A stretch of 64,000 bases of DNA from positions 8,448,001-8,512,000 of the forward strand of contig OZ244999.1 in assembly GCA_965223265.1 (NCBI GenBank). The letters run 5' to 3'. Below are positions 28,690 to 40,000 of this stretch, piece after piece. Made by a program: the position numbers and the translations under genes. This DNA comes from Planctomycetota bacterium (lineage in GTDB: Bacteria > Planctomycetota > UBA8108 > SXIK01). The notes below the pieces were generated by a model. It did no database searches. It was given only the letters and a program-made list of their open reading frames with translations, and had not been told where the DNA came from. Each line of letters opens with the position of its first letter. Position 1 is the first letter of the stretch.

Positions 28690-31074
28690 TCAGTGAGGCA
28701 CCGCTGCCGCAAGTGGACGATACTGGAGCGCATAAAACATCTCCAGGTAGCGATGCGTCTCTTCGCGCTCCAGGTTGGTGACGTACTTCCAGAAGCCATA
28801 GATTCTCGACAGCGTCATCAGGCGGTCGGCGTAGCGTGACCAAGTGTACCTCTCCTGCACGCGCTCCACCGCTGCCGCAGAGAGACGCTCCCAGACAGAG
28901 CCGTCGCGTCGGCACTCGTCTAGGAAATCAGCGATCGCATCACTCGAACTCTCGCCATGATTTGGATCGATGTGGAAACCCGATACGCCGTGCTCAATGA
29001 TCTCGAGAGGGCCGCCATAGCGTGTGGCGAACGTCGGTAACCCGGACGTCATAGCTTCGATGACAGTCAGGCCAAACGCCTCGAAGAGCGCGGGCTGGAC
29101 GAACACACCGCGGCGATCCGCGACGAGGCGATACAGCTCTCCGCTCATGTTCTTTTCGAGTTGCACTCCAAGCCAGCGCATTTCAGGATCGAGCGCATGC
29201 TGATCCATGAGGCGATGCATGCGCTCGATCTGAGCGCGCTCGTCATGGTCCTGACTCAACGCTGGGTCGACGTGGCCGGCGACAATCAGAAGGTTGGCGA
29301 GTTCTCGCAGGCGCGAATTCTCTCCGAACCACTCCACCAGTCCGGTGACGTTCTTGATGTGGTCCAGCCGAGCGATCGTGAAGATGATCGGCTTCGTAGG
29401 GTCTTCGAAACATCCACGGGTCTTGGGATGATCGTTCTCTTTGAATACGAGTGACTCCAGCTCGGCGAGGACGTCGTGGAAGCGATGCTCAGTTTCAACG
29501 TACGGGAAGTAGACGTCGGGGTTTGCGCCAGGAGAAACGATGTTGAACTTTGGGTCGAACATGTCGATGCCGTCGACGACGCGATACAGGTCCGGCAACG
29601 TGAAAGACTGATAGCTTTCGTACTGCCCCACAGTCTGTTCGGTGCCTGCGATCTCTTGGTAGGTGCTCGTGATGATGAAGTCCGCTTTGTTCATCGCGAT
29701 GAGGTCCGCGGTGAACTGGCACGCGAAGTGGTAGTCCGCGTCGTTTTCCTTCCAGTAGAGGTCGGAAAAGAGGTACTTGGTCTTCTCCAGGGCGTGGGCG
29801 ATGTTGCACTGCGTGACATGAAGCCGCCTGGAGAGAATCGACGCGACCAGGTTGCCGTCGGAGTAGTTGCCGATGATTAGGTCTGGTCGTCCGCTGAGCT
29901 CGGCGATGATCTCTTTCTCCGCTTCCTGCGCGAAGCGCTCAAGAAAAGGCCAGATCTTGAAGCGCGAGATCCAGTGGGGGACGACCTCACCGCTTCCCGA
30001 GCGAAAAGGTACGCGCAAAATCTTGGCGTTACTCGTGCCAACAATCGGCTCGAGACGCTGATCGCACGTCGTTCCTTGCGCCTCCGGAATCAGGCGCGTC
30101 ACCACCAGGATCTGCGGCACGATGTCGAGACCCTGCTCATGCACACGGCGCACCATCTCCTGCTCGAGCGCGCGTACTTGATCCAGAATGTAGACCACCT
30201 GACCGCCTGTGTCCGGAAGGCCAAGAACACCCGCCTGGGCGAAGTAGCCGTGCGGAGACAGGATCGCCAAGTTGAAGATCATCGGAATGCGACTGAGGAA
30301 TCTCTCGAGTGCCTGCGGTTCCGGTGCTTCGAGAATGTCGAGAAGCAGCCGTAGGTTCTCGTCGATGAGAGCGACCGTGCGCCCCCAACCTGGCGCAAAT
30401 CCGAGTGGCTGCAATCGTGCGGCTACGTCGGCCCACGTGGCGTCCGAGTTTTCGGACGCGAGGACGTCCAGACCGTGGCGTAGCGTGTCGCGAAGCGCTG
30501 GAACGTCGCGCACGAGGTCGGTCAGCATGAGCTGCTGCCCACCGCACTGGTGGACGCGTAGGAAGTCGAGGAGTCGCCGGTCACCTTTACCAAGCTCGTC
30601 GAAGAGCTGACTCGACAACCGGCGATTGAGGAATTCAACCCCACGCCCGATCGATCGCGACTCCTTCAATTTGGGAAAATCGCGATTGAACGGCGCCAAA
30701 TCGATCTCGAGTGTCAGGGTGGATTCGGCTTGTTGACTCGCAACGCGTTCCTTGAAGCGAAGGAACTCCGACACACTGATCGTCTCCCGCTGCCAGGCTT
30801 CGACATGAAATCTAACGTACGACCACGTTGCGATGCGGTCGCGAAGCGCGATGTAAACCCATGGTGCAGAAATGGCCGCCTCTTGGCTGAGCTTGATCGA
30901 AGAGGCGAGCGAGGAATCGACAAGATCGGCGTGGCCGTTCTCGCTGCAAAACGTTTCGAACGCATCCCAAAGATCTGAGCTGAGCAGAAACGGTTTGTCG
31001 AGTTTGACAAGCTGCCGGAGCAGCGCGAAGAGAACGTCGTCGTCGGAGTTGAAGTGATCGCCGGAGAGGCTCAT
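28690..31074 (-). CDS. susA: Sucrose synthase (GT4)
   Basis: IGRGVEFLNR, ILSPHGYF, PDTGGQVVYILDQVRALE, IGNYSDGN, HALEKTKY, EAFGLTVIE, YGFWKYVTN. Confidence 0.97.
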   Translation of the reverse strand: MSLSGDHFNSDDDVLFALLRQLVKLDKPFLLSSDLWDAFETFCSENGHADLVDSSLASSIKLSQEAAISAPWVYIALRDRIATWSYVRFHVEAWQRETISVSEFLRFKERVASQQAESTLTLEIDLAPFNRDFPKLKESRSIGRGVEFLNRRLSSQLFDELGKGDRRLLDFLRVHQCGGQQLMLTDLVRDVPALRDTLRHGLDVLASENSDATWADVAARLQPLGFAPGWGRTVALIDENLRLLLDILEAPEPQALERFLSRIPMIFNLAILSPHGYFAQAGVLGLPDTGGQVVYILDQVRALEQEMVRRVHEQGLDIVPQILVVTRLIPEAQGTTCDQRLEPIVGTSNAKILRVPFRSGSGEVVPHWISRFKIWPFLERFAQEAEKEIIAELSGRPDLIIGNYSDGNLVASILSRRLHVTQCNIAHALEKTKYLFSDLYWKENDADYHFACQFTADLIAMNKADFIITSTYQEIAGTEQTVGQYESYQSFTLPDLYRVVDGIDMFDPKFNIVSPGANPDVYFPYVETEHRFHDVLAELESLVFKENDHPKTRGCFEDPTKPIIFTIARLDHIKNVTGLVEWFGENSRLRELANLLIVAGHVDPALSQDHDERAQIERMHRLMDQHALDPEMRWLGVQLEKNMSGELYRLVADRRGVFVQPALFEAFGLTVIEAMTSGLPTFATRYGGPLEIIEHGVSGFHIDPNHGESSSDAIADFLDECRRDGSVWERLSAAAVERVQERYTWSRYADRLMTLSRIYGFWKYVTNLEREETHRYLEMFYALQYRPLAAAVPH

Positions 31075-33308
31075 AGCGTCGACTCGAGCTCGTCCTCTCG
31101 CTCAGCTTCCGTCTCGTCCGTCGGCCGCGTCGCTTCTGCCCCGTGAGGATCGTGGTCGTTGTCCGACCTAAAGAAGCGATAGTGCTCGATCGCCTCCACG
31201 ATTCCTGACGCGTAGGGCGCCGAGGCGAAATAGATGTTCGGCTGTCCTCGCAACTTCCCGAGCTCAGCGCTGTGGTTGCCGACCACGACGGCGAGAGTTT
31301 CGCCGCGCAGCATCTCCTCGTCGTTGCCGGAATCGCCGGCGACGAGAATTCTGTCGATTGCAAGATCCCACTTCATAGCTAGGTGTCGCAGCGCTTTTCC
31401 TTTCGACGCACGAACCGGTAAGACATCGAGATAGGCCTCATGTGAATAGACGACCTTTGCTGCCAACTGATGTTGACGGAGCGTCCTCAAGATATCGCGC
31501 ACCGCCGGCATCTTCTTCGGTTGTGCGAAGTAGCTGATCTTATGTTTTCTCTGGTGCTCGCTTGGCTGCAGCTTGAGACCTGGAATCGCGGCGAGCGTGG
31601 CACGGATCTCCTCAGGATTCCACCGATAATCGATGTGTCGCTCCCAAGCGCCGTCATGGGTCAGCTGCGAGCCGTAATGAATCTCAGTTCCGACGGACGT
31701 CATCCAAACATCGGGATCCGGCACCCTCCACTTACCCAGAATCCTTCGTGCGCTCTCTAAACTGCGGCCGGTCGCGACGCCGAGCCCGACGCGTAGATCT
31801 TGGTCCGCCAAGAGCTGCAGGAGTTCGCGCAGGCTCTCTTCCTCGCCGATGAGCGTGTTATCGATGTCGGTGATCAGGAGACACTCCGCAATCGGCAGTC
31901 GATTTCGATACTCAGATGTCGGCCGCCGTTTCGTCGCTTTGGCGAGCAGCTTTGATATCTCGCGCAGATAGAGGCTGGCATGACCGGTCCACGAGTAAAA
32001 ACGGTGGGCGCCACGAATTCCGCGGCGCGCCCACTGTCTCCAGCGTTGGCGATCGGTGAGCGCATCGTAGAGCGCTGACCCGAGAGCTGCCCGATCGAGG
32101 GGATCCACTAACGCACCGTTTTTGCAGTTCTTGACGATGTCTTGCGGTCCGCCATCGTTTGTGGCGACGATCGGCAGGCCGCTCGCCGCGGCCTCGATCA
32201 GCGTCAGGCCGAAGGGCTCTGTGAGCGCGGGATTAACGAAGACGCCCTTTCTCTGTGCTACGAGGCGGTAGAGATCTGGGACGTCATCCGGGTCGTGGTG
32301 CTTCGGGTAGGCGACGGATCCGTGGAGATCGTAGTCGTCGATCAGATGGATGACTTCCTCGAGCACCGCACGTGACTCGCGATCCATACCTTTAATCGTC
32401 TCACGATTGCCGAGGACGATGACCAAATTGGCGAGCTTTCGGAGTTCGGAGTGCTCGCCGTAAGCGTGGATCAGCGTGCTGACGTTCTTGCGCGGATCGG
32501 GGCGGCAGAGCGTCAGAATCGGCGGCTTTCCTGGGTTCTCCAGAAAACGGTCAACTTGCTGCTGAATCGCAGGTTTGGCCGAAAAGCGCGCTGGGGGATG
32601 AAAGCGGTCCAAATCGACGCCGGGAGGAATCACGCGCATGCGGCTGGGGGCATAGTCGTCATAGAGACTGTACTGATCGTCGACTTCCTGCTGAGTGCTC
32701 GCGATGACGCATGCAGCGTTGTCGAGTGCTGTCTCCTCGGCTTCGATGCGCGCACGCATGCGATACTGGCGCTCGATCGACTCGGCCGATACGCCTTTCT
32801 CCATCAGTCGCATCCTCTTGACGCGACCGAGCGAGTGCCCAGTGTGGACGAGAGGCACACCCAAGTACCCCGAAAGGAGTGAGCCAACGTATCCGGCGTC
32901 GGCATAGTGGCTGTGAATCACGTCGGGGATCTTGCGAACTCGCCGGAGGTACTTGAGAACTTCGTCGGCGAAGTCATCGAGATGTGGCCACAGAAGTTCT
33001 TTGCGGATGTAGCGTCTCGGGCCGCACGGTAAGCGGACGAGGTACGCATTCTCGCAAAGCTCCTCGCATTCTCGTGAGTAATCGGCATCAACTTTCTCGT
33101 CTTCGACCTTGCGCGTTAGAAGGTCGACACGCCCGACCTCAGGCCGTGCGGCGAGCGCTCGGGCGAGTTCGAGGACGTACTTCACCTGTCCGCCGGTGTC
33201 CGCGTCCCTGCCAAGCTCTGGCTCTAGGCTACGAATGAGTCCGTGGATGCTGATGAGCTGAATGTAGAGCCCTGGGGTTTCTGGGTCAGACGTTTCAGAG
33301 TCGACCAT
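31071..33308 (-). CDS. spsA: Sucrose-phosphate synthase with C-terminal HAD phosphatase domain
   Basis: HGLIR..ELGRDADTGGQVKYV, HSHYADAG, TEPFGLT; TDIDNTL, ATGRS, GDSGND; ATGA overlap with sus. Confidence 0.96.
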   Translation of the reverse strand: MVDSETSDPETPGLYIQLISIHGLIRSLEPELGRDADTGGQVKYVLELARALAARPEVGRVDLLTRKVEDEKVDADYSRECEELCENAYLVRLPCGPRRYIRKELLWPHLDDFADEVLKYLRRVRKIPDVIHSHYADAGYVGSLLSGYLGVPLVHTGHSLGRVKRMRLMEKGVSAESIERQYRMRARIEAEETALDNAACVIASTQQEVDDQYSLYDDYAPSRMRVIPPGVDLDRFHPPARFSAKPAIQQQVDRFLENPGKPPILTLCRPDPRKNVSTLIHAYGEHSELRKLANLVIVLGNRETIKGMDRESRAVLEEVIHLIDDYDLHGSVAYPKHHDPDDVPDLYRLVAQRKGVFVNPALTEPFGLTLIEAAASGLPIVATNDGGPQDIVKNCKNGALVDPLDRAALGSALYDALTDRQRWRQWARRGIRGAHRFYSWTGHASLYLREISKLLAKATKRRPTSEYRNRLPIAECLLITDIDNTLIGEEESLRELLQLLADQDLRVGLGVATGRSLESARRILGKWRVPDPDVWMTSVGTEIHYGSQLTHDGAWERHIDYRWNPEEIRATLAAIPGLKLQPSEHQRKHKISYFAQPKKMPAVRDILRTLRQHQLAAKVVYSHEAYLDVLPVRASKGKALRHLAMKWDLAIDRILVAGDSGNDEEMLRGETLAVVVGNHSAELGKLRGQPNIYFASAPYASGIVEAIEHYRFFRSDNDHDPHGAEATRPTDETEAEREDELESTL

Positions 33309-33673
33309 GTTTGATTCGTTACTCCTCTATTCCCCAGGCTTCACCTCGGCCCCGTGACCGTTTCGTGTTGGCGGCTGCCACGCCACCGCTTTCGTTCACG
33401 ATCCGTGAATTCGATGCTCTCTGCGTTCACACGAGACGCACCAGCGTTTCGAACGCTGAGTCCGAGCATGACGCAAGACGGCGAAGCCCTTGCGCGTAGA
33501 CGATTGGTCAACGTCGACTATACTATCCGAACGACCTGACCCGCTCACGCCGAAATTCTCGCCGCCATCTTCCGAAGCGGCGCCACGTGTCGTTCGCAAA
33601 GTTCGATCAGGGAGTGTGAGATGTGGATCGCCGGTGTCGAAACGAACAATTCGAGATCCTCCCGAGCAGAGGC

Positions 33674-33715
33674 CCCGTACAGACGAATGGTCCTCCCGTA
33701 CAGACGAAAGGTCAT
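33674..33715. repeat. 21-bp imperfect tandem repeat upstream of sulfatase
   Basis: CCCGTACAGACGAATGGTCCT / CCCGTACAGACGAAAGGTCAT. Confidence 0.75.
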
Positions 33716-33721
33716 CGCCTC

Positions 33722-35143
33722 GTGATCGACTCAGCTATCGCGCGATTGTCTCGATTCTGCCGACTCTGCGTCGGCTTGTTTGCCGTCGCCGGCCTCATCC
33801 TGTCGCATGAATCGGCGTTCGCCAAAGAGGCCGCCTCACGACCCAATGTCGTTCTGATCATCTCCGACGATCAGGCGTGGAACGATTACGGGTTCATGGG
33901 CCACAAGGTCATTCGCACGCCGCGACTCGATCGTCTCGCTTCGGAGTCGGCGCTTTTCACGCGCGGCTATGTAGCGACCAGCCTTTGTCGACCATCTCTT
34001 GCCTCGATCATCACCGGCCTCTATGCCCACCAGCACCGGATCATCGGCAACGACCCATCGGTGCCGAAGGATCGCCCGAGGAATCCACGCCGGGACCCCG
34101 CCTATCTCAAGCGCTGCGACGAGATGATCAGCCTCATCGACAAGGTGCCGACGCTGCCCCGCCTCCTGTCGAAACGCGGTTATCTGAGCCACCAAAGCGG
34201 AAAGTGGTGGGAGGGAGACTTTTCGCGTGGCGGATTCACGCACGGCATGACGCACGGCGACCCAGCCCGCAAGGGTCGCCACGGCGACGAGGGGCTTAAG
34301 ATTGGTCGTGAGGGTATGGAGCCGATCAAGGAGTTCATCGACGCCGCTGGCGAGCGGCCGTTCTTCGTCTGGTACGCTCCATTCTTGCCACACAATCCGC
34401 ACAATCCACCTGAGCGTCTGCTGGCGAAATATCGATCTCCTGACCGCCACGAGAATCTGTCAAAGTACTACGCTATGTGCGAATGGTTCGACGAGACGTG
34501 CGGCGAGCTTCTCGACCATCTCGACCGGCGTGGTTTGACGCAAAGAACGCTCGTCATCTACATCACCGACAACGGCTGGATTCAACGCACACCAGAGACG
34601 CCGGTGCCGCCGAGCTGGCGCTGGAGCTACGCACCGCGCTCGAAGCTCTCTCCCTACGATGCTGGCGCACGCACGCCCGTCATGCTTCGCTGGCCTGGGA
34701 AGATTCAGCCGGCGCAGCATCAAGGACTTGTCACCTCGCTCGACATCGCGCCGACGATCCTGTCAGCATGCGGCATTGGGCCAGCCGCTGGGATGTCCGG
34801 CATCGATCTCCTCGAGGTGTGTGCGGGCAAAGCCAAATCACCGAACGCCGTTTTTGGCGAGCTCTTCGCTCATGATGTGATCGACATCGAGGATCCGAGC
34901 AAGACGCTTGTCTATCGGTGGTGCGTCACCGATCGATGGAAACTGATCTTGCCTGAGCGGGGCATCGCCGGAAGATATGACCCCGTATTTCAGCGCGGCG
35001 ACTTCACCCCCGAGCTCTTCGACATCCGTGCCGACCCGTTTGAGACACGAGACCTGGCGGCGAGTCATCCGGACGTGGTTTCGCGGCTCAAAGCAGAGAT
35101 CGATGCCTGGTGGCGACCGGGAGGCGGTCAAAGCGCGAAGTGA
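33722..35143 (+). CDS. Secreted sulfatase (S1 family; start uncertain)
   Basis: PNVVLIISDD, TPRLDRLA, SLCRPSLASIITG, GKWW, TDNG. Confidence 0.92.
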   Translation: MIDSAIARLSRFCRLCVGLFAVAGLILSHESAFAKEAASRPNVVLIISDDQAWNDYGFMGHKVIRTPRLDRLASESALFTRGYVATSLCRPSLASIITGLYAHQHRIIGNDPSVPKDRPRNPRRDPAYLKRCDEMISLIDKVPTLPRLLSKRGYLSHQSGKWWEGDFSRGGFTHGMTHGDPARKGRHGDEGLKIGREGMEPIKEFIDAAGERPFFVWYAPFLPHNPHNPPERLLAKYRSPDRHENLSKYYAMCEWFDETCGELLDHLDRRGLTQRTLVIYITDNGWIQRTPETPVPPSWRWSYAPRSKLSPYDAGARTPVMLRWPGKIQPAQHQGLVTSLDIAPTILSACGIGPAAGMSGIDLLEVCAGKAKSPNAVFGELFAHDVIDIEDPSKTLVYRWCVTDRWKLILPERGIAGRYDPVFQRGDFTPELFDIRADPFETRDLAASHPDVVSRLKAEIDAWWRPGGGQSAK

Positions 35144-35177
35144 GGCTGTGATCGACAGGTAGTGGCTAAACTCTGCC

Positions 35178-35960
35178 TTAGAAATCGCGCGTGTAGCCAG
35201 CGGTCCAGCCGCCGTCGACCGTGACAATGTGGCCGTTCATGTAAGTATTCTCTGGATCGGCAAGGAAAAGCGCTGCGACGGCGATTTCGTCTGGCGTTGC
35301 CGGGCGTCCCAGCGGCACGTGGTCGAGCATCTGTTGGACGCGACTGTGAAACTTGCCGTCGTCGCCGTAGAAGAGCTTCCGGGTACCGTCGGTCAACGTC
35401 GACCCAGGCGCAATGCCGTTGACGAGAATGCCGTGTGCACCGAGCTCGATCGCCATCGCACGGGTCAAATTGACGACACCGGCCTTGGCGGCGACAAAGG
35501 CGCACTGCAAGCGAAGTGGGACGAGTCCAGCAATCGACGCGATGTTGATGATGCGGCCGCTCCCTTGCTTCCGCATGCCCTGGGAGACGATCCGGCTGAC
35601 CTCAAAAAGACCCGAGAGGTCGACAGCCAAGATGCGGTCCCACTCCTCGCGCGGAAACTGCTCCACTGTGACCCGATGCGCGAGCGTGTTGACGCCGGCA
35701 TTGTTGACCAGGATATCGAGCTTGCCGCATTCCTTGGCGATCGCCTCGACTGTGGCGGTGATCTGTGCTGAGTCGCGAACGTCCATCGCGCGCGCCTTGG
35801 CGTTCGGCCACTTAGACGCAGCGTTCGCCGCGTCGTCCGCGTCGAGATCGGTGTAGTAGACGACCGCACCCGAGTCCGCAAAGCGATCGGCGATCGCCTG
35901 GCCTATGCCGCGGGCGGCGCCTGTGACGAGCGCGACGTGACCGTCAAGATTGGATTGCAT
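35178..35960 (-). CDS. SDR family oxidoreductase
   Basis: TGAARGIG, NNAG, IASIAG; catalytic YxxxK appears as FVAAK. Confidence 0.92.
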   Translation of the reverse strand: MQSNLDGHVALVTGAARGIGQAIADRFADSGAVVYYTDLDADDAANAASKWPNAKARAMDVRDSAQITATVEAIAKECGKLDILVNNAGVNTLAHRVTVEQFPREEWDRILAVDLSGLFEVSRIVSQGMRKQGSGRIINIASIAGLVPLRLQCAFVAAKAGVVNLTRAMAIELGAHGILVNGIAPGSTLTDGTRKLFYGDDGKFHSRVQQMLDHVPLGRPATPDEIAVAALFLADPENTYMNGHIVTVDGGWTAGYTRDF

Positions 35961-36090
35961 TGTCGATGGTCCTGTATCGATGATCGCTACGGCTGACACT
36001 GCCGCGTTTGGATGCGTCGACCCGTTGGTTGTGCCGGACGGAGTCCTTCAATTCTCGCCTGTCGTTGTTTAGGAGAATGAGGCTTGCGCC

Positions 36091-36648
36091 TTAGAGTATC
36101 TCACGGCCATGTTCTGCGGCGCGTTTCTGCTGATAGGCAGCGCGGATGTCGCACTCTCGAATGCGTCCGGTCCTGCCACTTCCTTGCACCCGTCGCCAAT
36201 CGACGCCGAGCTGTGCCGAAAGGCGTGCTGCTCGCGGACTGATGGTGATGCCGTCGCGCTCCAGTGGGGTCCTCGCACGCGCTGGTCGCTGCTGCATCGC
36301 ATCGACCGCGGGAGTCTTCTCTGGTTGCACGACGACGTGATCATTCGCGGCGGAACTGACGCTGGCAGTCGCCTCCGCGGTCGGTAAGCTCGGCGCTTCT
36401 TCCCCAGGGGCAACGATGAATGCGATCACCTGTCCAACGCGCACGATCTCACCGCCGCGCGGAGAGCCCGGTGGCAAGCGGAGCACACCTGAGTCGTTCG
36501 CTTCGATCTCTTCGGTCGACTTTTCGCCCTCCAGAAGAAAGAGCGGTTCCCCGGCGACCACCGCATCGCCGTCCTGCTTGAGCCATTCGACGAACGTCCC
36601 TTCTTCCATGGTCCAGCCGAGGCGCGGTACGAGAATTTCATTGGCCAT
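36091..36648 (-). CDS. Lipoyl plus E3-binding domain protein (E2-like, no acyltransferase domain)
   Basis: VPRLGWTMEEG...LEGEKSTEEI lipoyl domain; ISPRAARL...GSGRTGRIRECDI binding domain; stop follows within ~17 aa. Confidence 0.88.
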   Translation of the reverse strand: MANEILVPRLGWTMEEGTFVEWLKQDGDAVVAGEPLFLLEGEKSTEEIEANDSGVLRLPPGSPRGGEIVRVGQVIAFIVAPGEEAPSLPTAEATASVSSAANDHVVVQPEKTPAVDAMQQRPARARTPLERDGITISPRAARLSAQLGVDWRRVQGSGRTGRIRECDIRAAYQQKRAAEHGREIL

Positions 36649-36840
36649 TTTTTGCTCTGCTTTCCGGGGCCGCCTTCTTTGTTTCCATTCTCTCAAGTTA
36701 TCAAGGAACTGTCGATCGTGACAACGGCGTGTCACGTCGCCGGACACGCCGACAGCAAGAGTGCGCCGATTCTTGTGGACTCGCAACACCGCCGAAACGC
36801 CAGACAGGGAGTGATGCCAGCGAGTTCGAGTTTCCTCGGC

Positions 36841-36994
36841 CTAGGTTTTTGCCCGGGAAAAACTCTCCGTGTGGCGAAACGGGGGTAGAATCGCGACGTT
36901 CGCGATCCTTCTGCGGAGGGTGGACGTACCTCTTAGCGGCAATCGGGCGAAGCGCGAGTCGAAACCCGAATGGAGTTTTCCAACGAGCCGCTAG
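36841..36994. repeat. Possible degenerate MITE-like element
   Basis: CTAG...GGAAAAACTC at left and GAGTTTTCCAACGAGCCGCTAG at right; right end resembles 62005-62023. Confidence 0.35.
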
Positions 36995-37064
36995 GCTAGT
37001 CGGCTGTTAGCTCGAATTCGGCTATTTCGCGTTGGATTGACCAGAAGAGCGTACCGGGGCTCCT

Positions 37065-40000
37065 ATGCTTTTTGGACTCTCCGTTACCCATAGAAATCGG
37101 TTGAGAGTCCCGTCGGTGATGCTGCTCGTTACTGCCGCTGTCGTCGCGACCGACTTGGCGCGGCAATCCTTCGCTCAGACCGTCACCGAGATTCACTACC
37201 ACCCACCGGAGGGTGAGGAAGAGCTCGAGTTTATCGAGATCACGAACGAATACTCCGGACCGCAAGACCTCTCGGGTTTCGCGTTCGTCGAAGGGATTCG
37301 GTTCGTCCTACCACCGGGGACCGTGCTGCGTGGCGGTGAGTCACTCGTTGTGTGCGCCGATGCAGAGGCGGTACGCACTCGCTATGGCATCGACAATGTT
37401 GTTGGTGACTTCGAGGGCCGGTTGGACTCTGGCGGTGAGCGTGTGACTCTCGTCAATCACGTTGGCGTGGTCGTGCTGACACTGCGCTACGATGACGACG
37501 GCAAGTGGCCGCTTGCACCTGACGGCGCCGGGCACACACTCGAGCTACGCAAGATCTATCTCGACCCTTCAGAGCCGGAGAGTTGGCGACAGAGTTTCGA
37601 TCTGGGCGGCACACCTGGACGCTTTGACTCGCCCCTCCTGCGGCCAGACGTACCGCCGCCTGAGGTGCACATTGATCACGGCGATTTATGGCGCTTCGCC
37701 AAGGGGACGGCGCCGTTTTCTACGCCCACCGACGGTTGGCGGCAGATCGACTTCGACGATTCTTCCTGGCTCGTCGGTGCTTCCCCGTTCGCCGGGCCAG
37801 ACGTCGAGGTAGAACCTCTCGGAACGCTTCTCGACGATATGGTCGACAGTTATACCGGACTCGCCGTGCGGCACCGATTCTTCGTCGAAGCCGGCGAGAT
37901 CGCGTCGCATCGATTCTTCTTGGCGATCTCTTACGACGACGGATTCTGCGCCTTCCTCAACGGCGAGGAGTTTGCGCGATCGAATTGCCCGCTGGACCCG
38001 ACGTTCGAGAGTCGCGCTGCGGGCAGTCATGTTGCCGATGTTGAAGAACGCTTCTTCGTTCCACCAAGTTTGCTTCGCGGCGGCGAGAACGTCATCGCCG
38101 TGCAAGGCCTGAATGTATCCCGGCGGCAAGGTGATTTTGTTCTGGCGCCTCGACTGACCAAGGAGTCGACCTCGCCCGGTGAGACCGTCCTCGTCGATCA
38201 CGGGCATCGATGGCGATTCGCGAAGGGGACAGGCCCGTTTTCAGAGCCGAACGACGCTTGGTTGGATCCCGACTTTGATGACAGCGGCTGGTTGAGTGGA
38301 CGCTCCAGTTTCGGTTTCGGCGATGAGGAGCACGCAACGGTGCTCGACGACATGCGGGGCAACTACACGTCGATCGCACTGCGGACGAGTTTTGAATGGA
38401 CGGAGGAACTCGATCAACAGGACGGGGACCTTCTGCTCTTGGTTGACTACGACGACGGATTCTGTGCCTTCCTCAACGGCACGTTTGTCGGACGCGACGG
38501 GTGCCCCGAGGAGGTCGCGTGGAACTCTGTTGCCACGCGGGTACGGGAGGCCGGCGAGGTGACGGCGGTTCTATTGCCGCGCAAGCTTCTGCGCCTCGGA
38601 AGCAATTGGCTGTCGCTCGTCGGCGTCAATACCTCGCGCGCTGGCGATGATTTTAGCCTGACCCCGCGTCTGATGTTTCGCCGTTCCAGCTCACCTCCAA
38701 CACTGCCGGAATTCCCGGTGGTGTTCAACGAGCTGCAGCGCGGCAGCGCCGCCGACGGCGGCTGGGTTGAGCTGTACAACACTGCTTCCGAAGCCGTCGA
38801 CCTGAGCGGACTGCAGCTTGCTCGCGATCCAGACAGCACCGCACCGTTCGTGTTTGCTCCCGGTGAGAGTATCGAGGGCGGCGGCTTTCTTGTCGTGGCG
38901 GCGGCGGGCGCTGGGCTGGACTTGGGGCCGGGCGCTGAGACGGTGCAGCTATTTGTGTGGAACGAAGACGGGCTCGTCGTTGCAGCGGCGTCGTTCGACC
39001 ATGCCGCCGCGATCAATGACCCCGCCGGAGTCACGGAGGCGCTCTTTCCCGACGGCGGTGGCAGGGCGTGGGCTACCACGACGCCGACACCGGGGAGCGC
39101 GAACGAAATCGATCGCGTCGCAGACTTGGTGATTCACGAGATCTTTTATCACCCACCGCTCGAGCGGGAGGGGGAGTTCATCGAGCTGTTTCACCGCGGT
39201 TCGGTGCCGCTCGATATCTCAGGCTTTCGCTTCACGAAGGGGATCGAGTTCACTTTTCCGGGTGGTACTATCGTCGCCCCCGGTGATTTCGTCGTCATTG
39301 CGAAGCAGCCGGAGAACCTCGAGCGAACGTACAGCCTGACCGGTGTCTACGGGCCTTTCGACGGTGTCCTCGCTGACGCCGGGGAGAACGTGCGACTGGT
39401 CGATCGACTCGGGAATCTAGTTGACGAAGTGCGCTACTTCGATAGCGGTCGTTGGCCTGACCTTGCCGACGGCCGCGGTTCGAGCCTGGAGCTCGTCGAC
39501 CCACGGCAGGACAACGATCACCCTTCAGCGTGGGCGGCGAGTGATGAAACTGGGAAGGCCGAATGGGAACAGTTCACATTTGCGGCGAACGACCTCCGTG
39601 TCTCCCGTGGGCCGGACCTCAACTTGTATATGGGATCACGCGGCGTCTGTCTCGTTGACGACATCAGGCTCGTACGCCGCGGCACGACGCGAAATCTTGT
39701 CCCGAATCCAAGCTTCGAGCGTGGCGTCGAGCCATGGCGAGCTCTTGGAACGCACGTCGAGTCTGAAGTCGTCTCGGGCGATGCGCCCGCTGGGGACGCG
39801 GCACTGCGCGTCGTGGCCACCGGTAAGGGAAATCCACGCTGCAACCGCGTCGAGATCGAACTCGACGAGCGACTGGTCGACGGTAGCTTCGACGTTTCGC
39901 TCTGGGCAAAGTGGCAGAGCGGAAGCTCGCTCCTGCTTTTCGAGAGCGACTATGCCGCTGGGCCGTACCGGTCGCCGTTTGAAAACGGCGGTATGAACGC

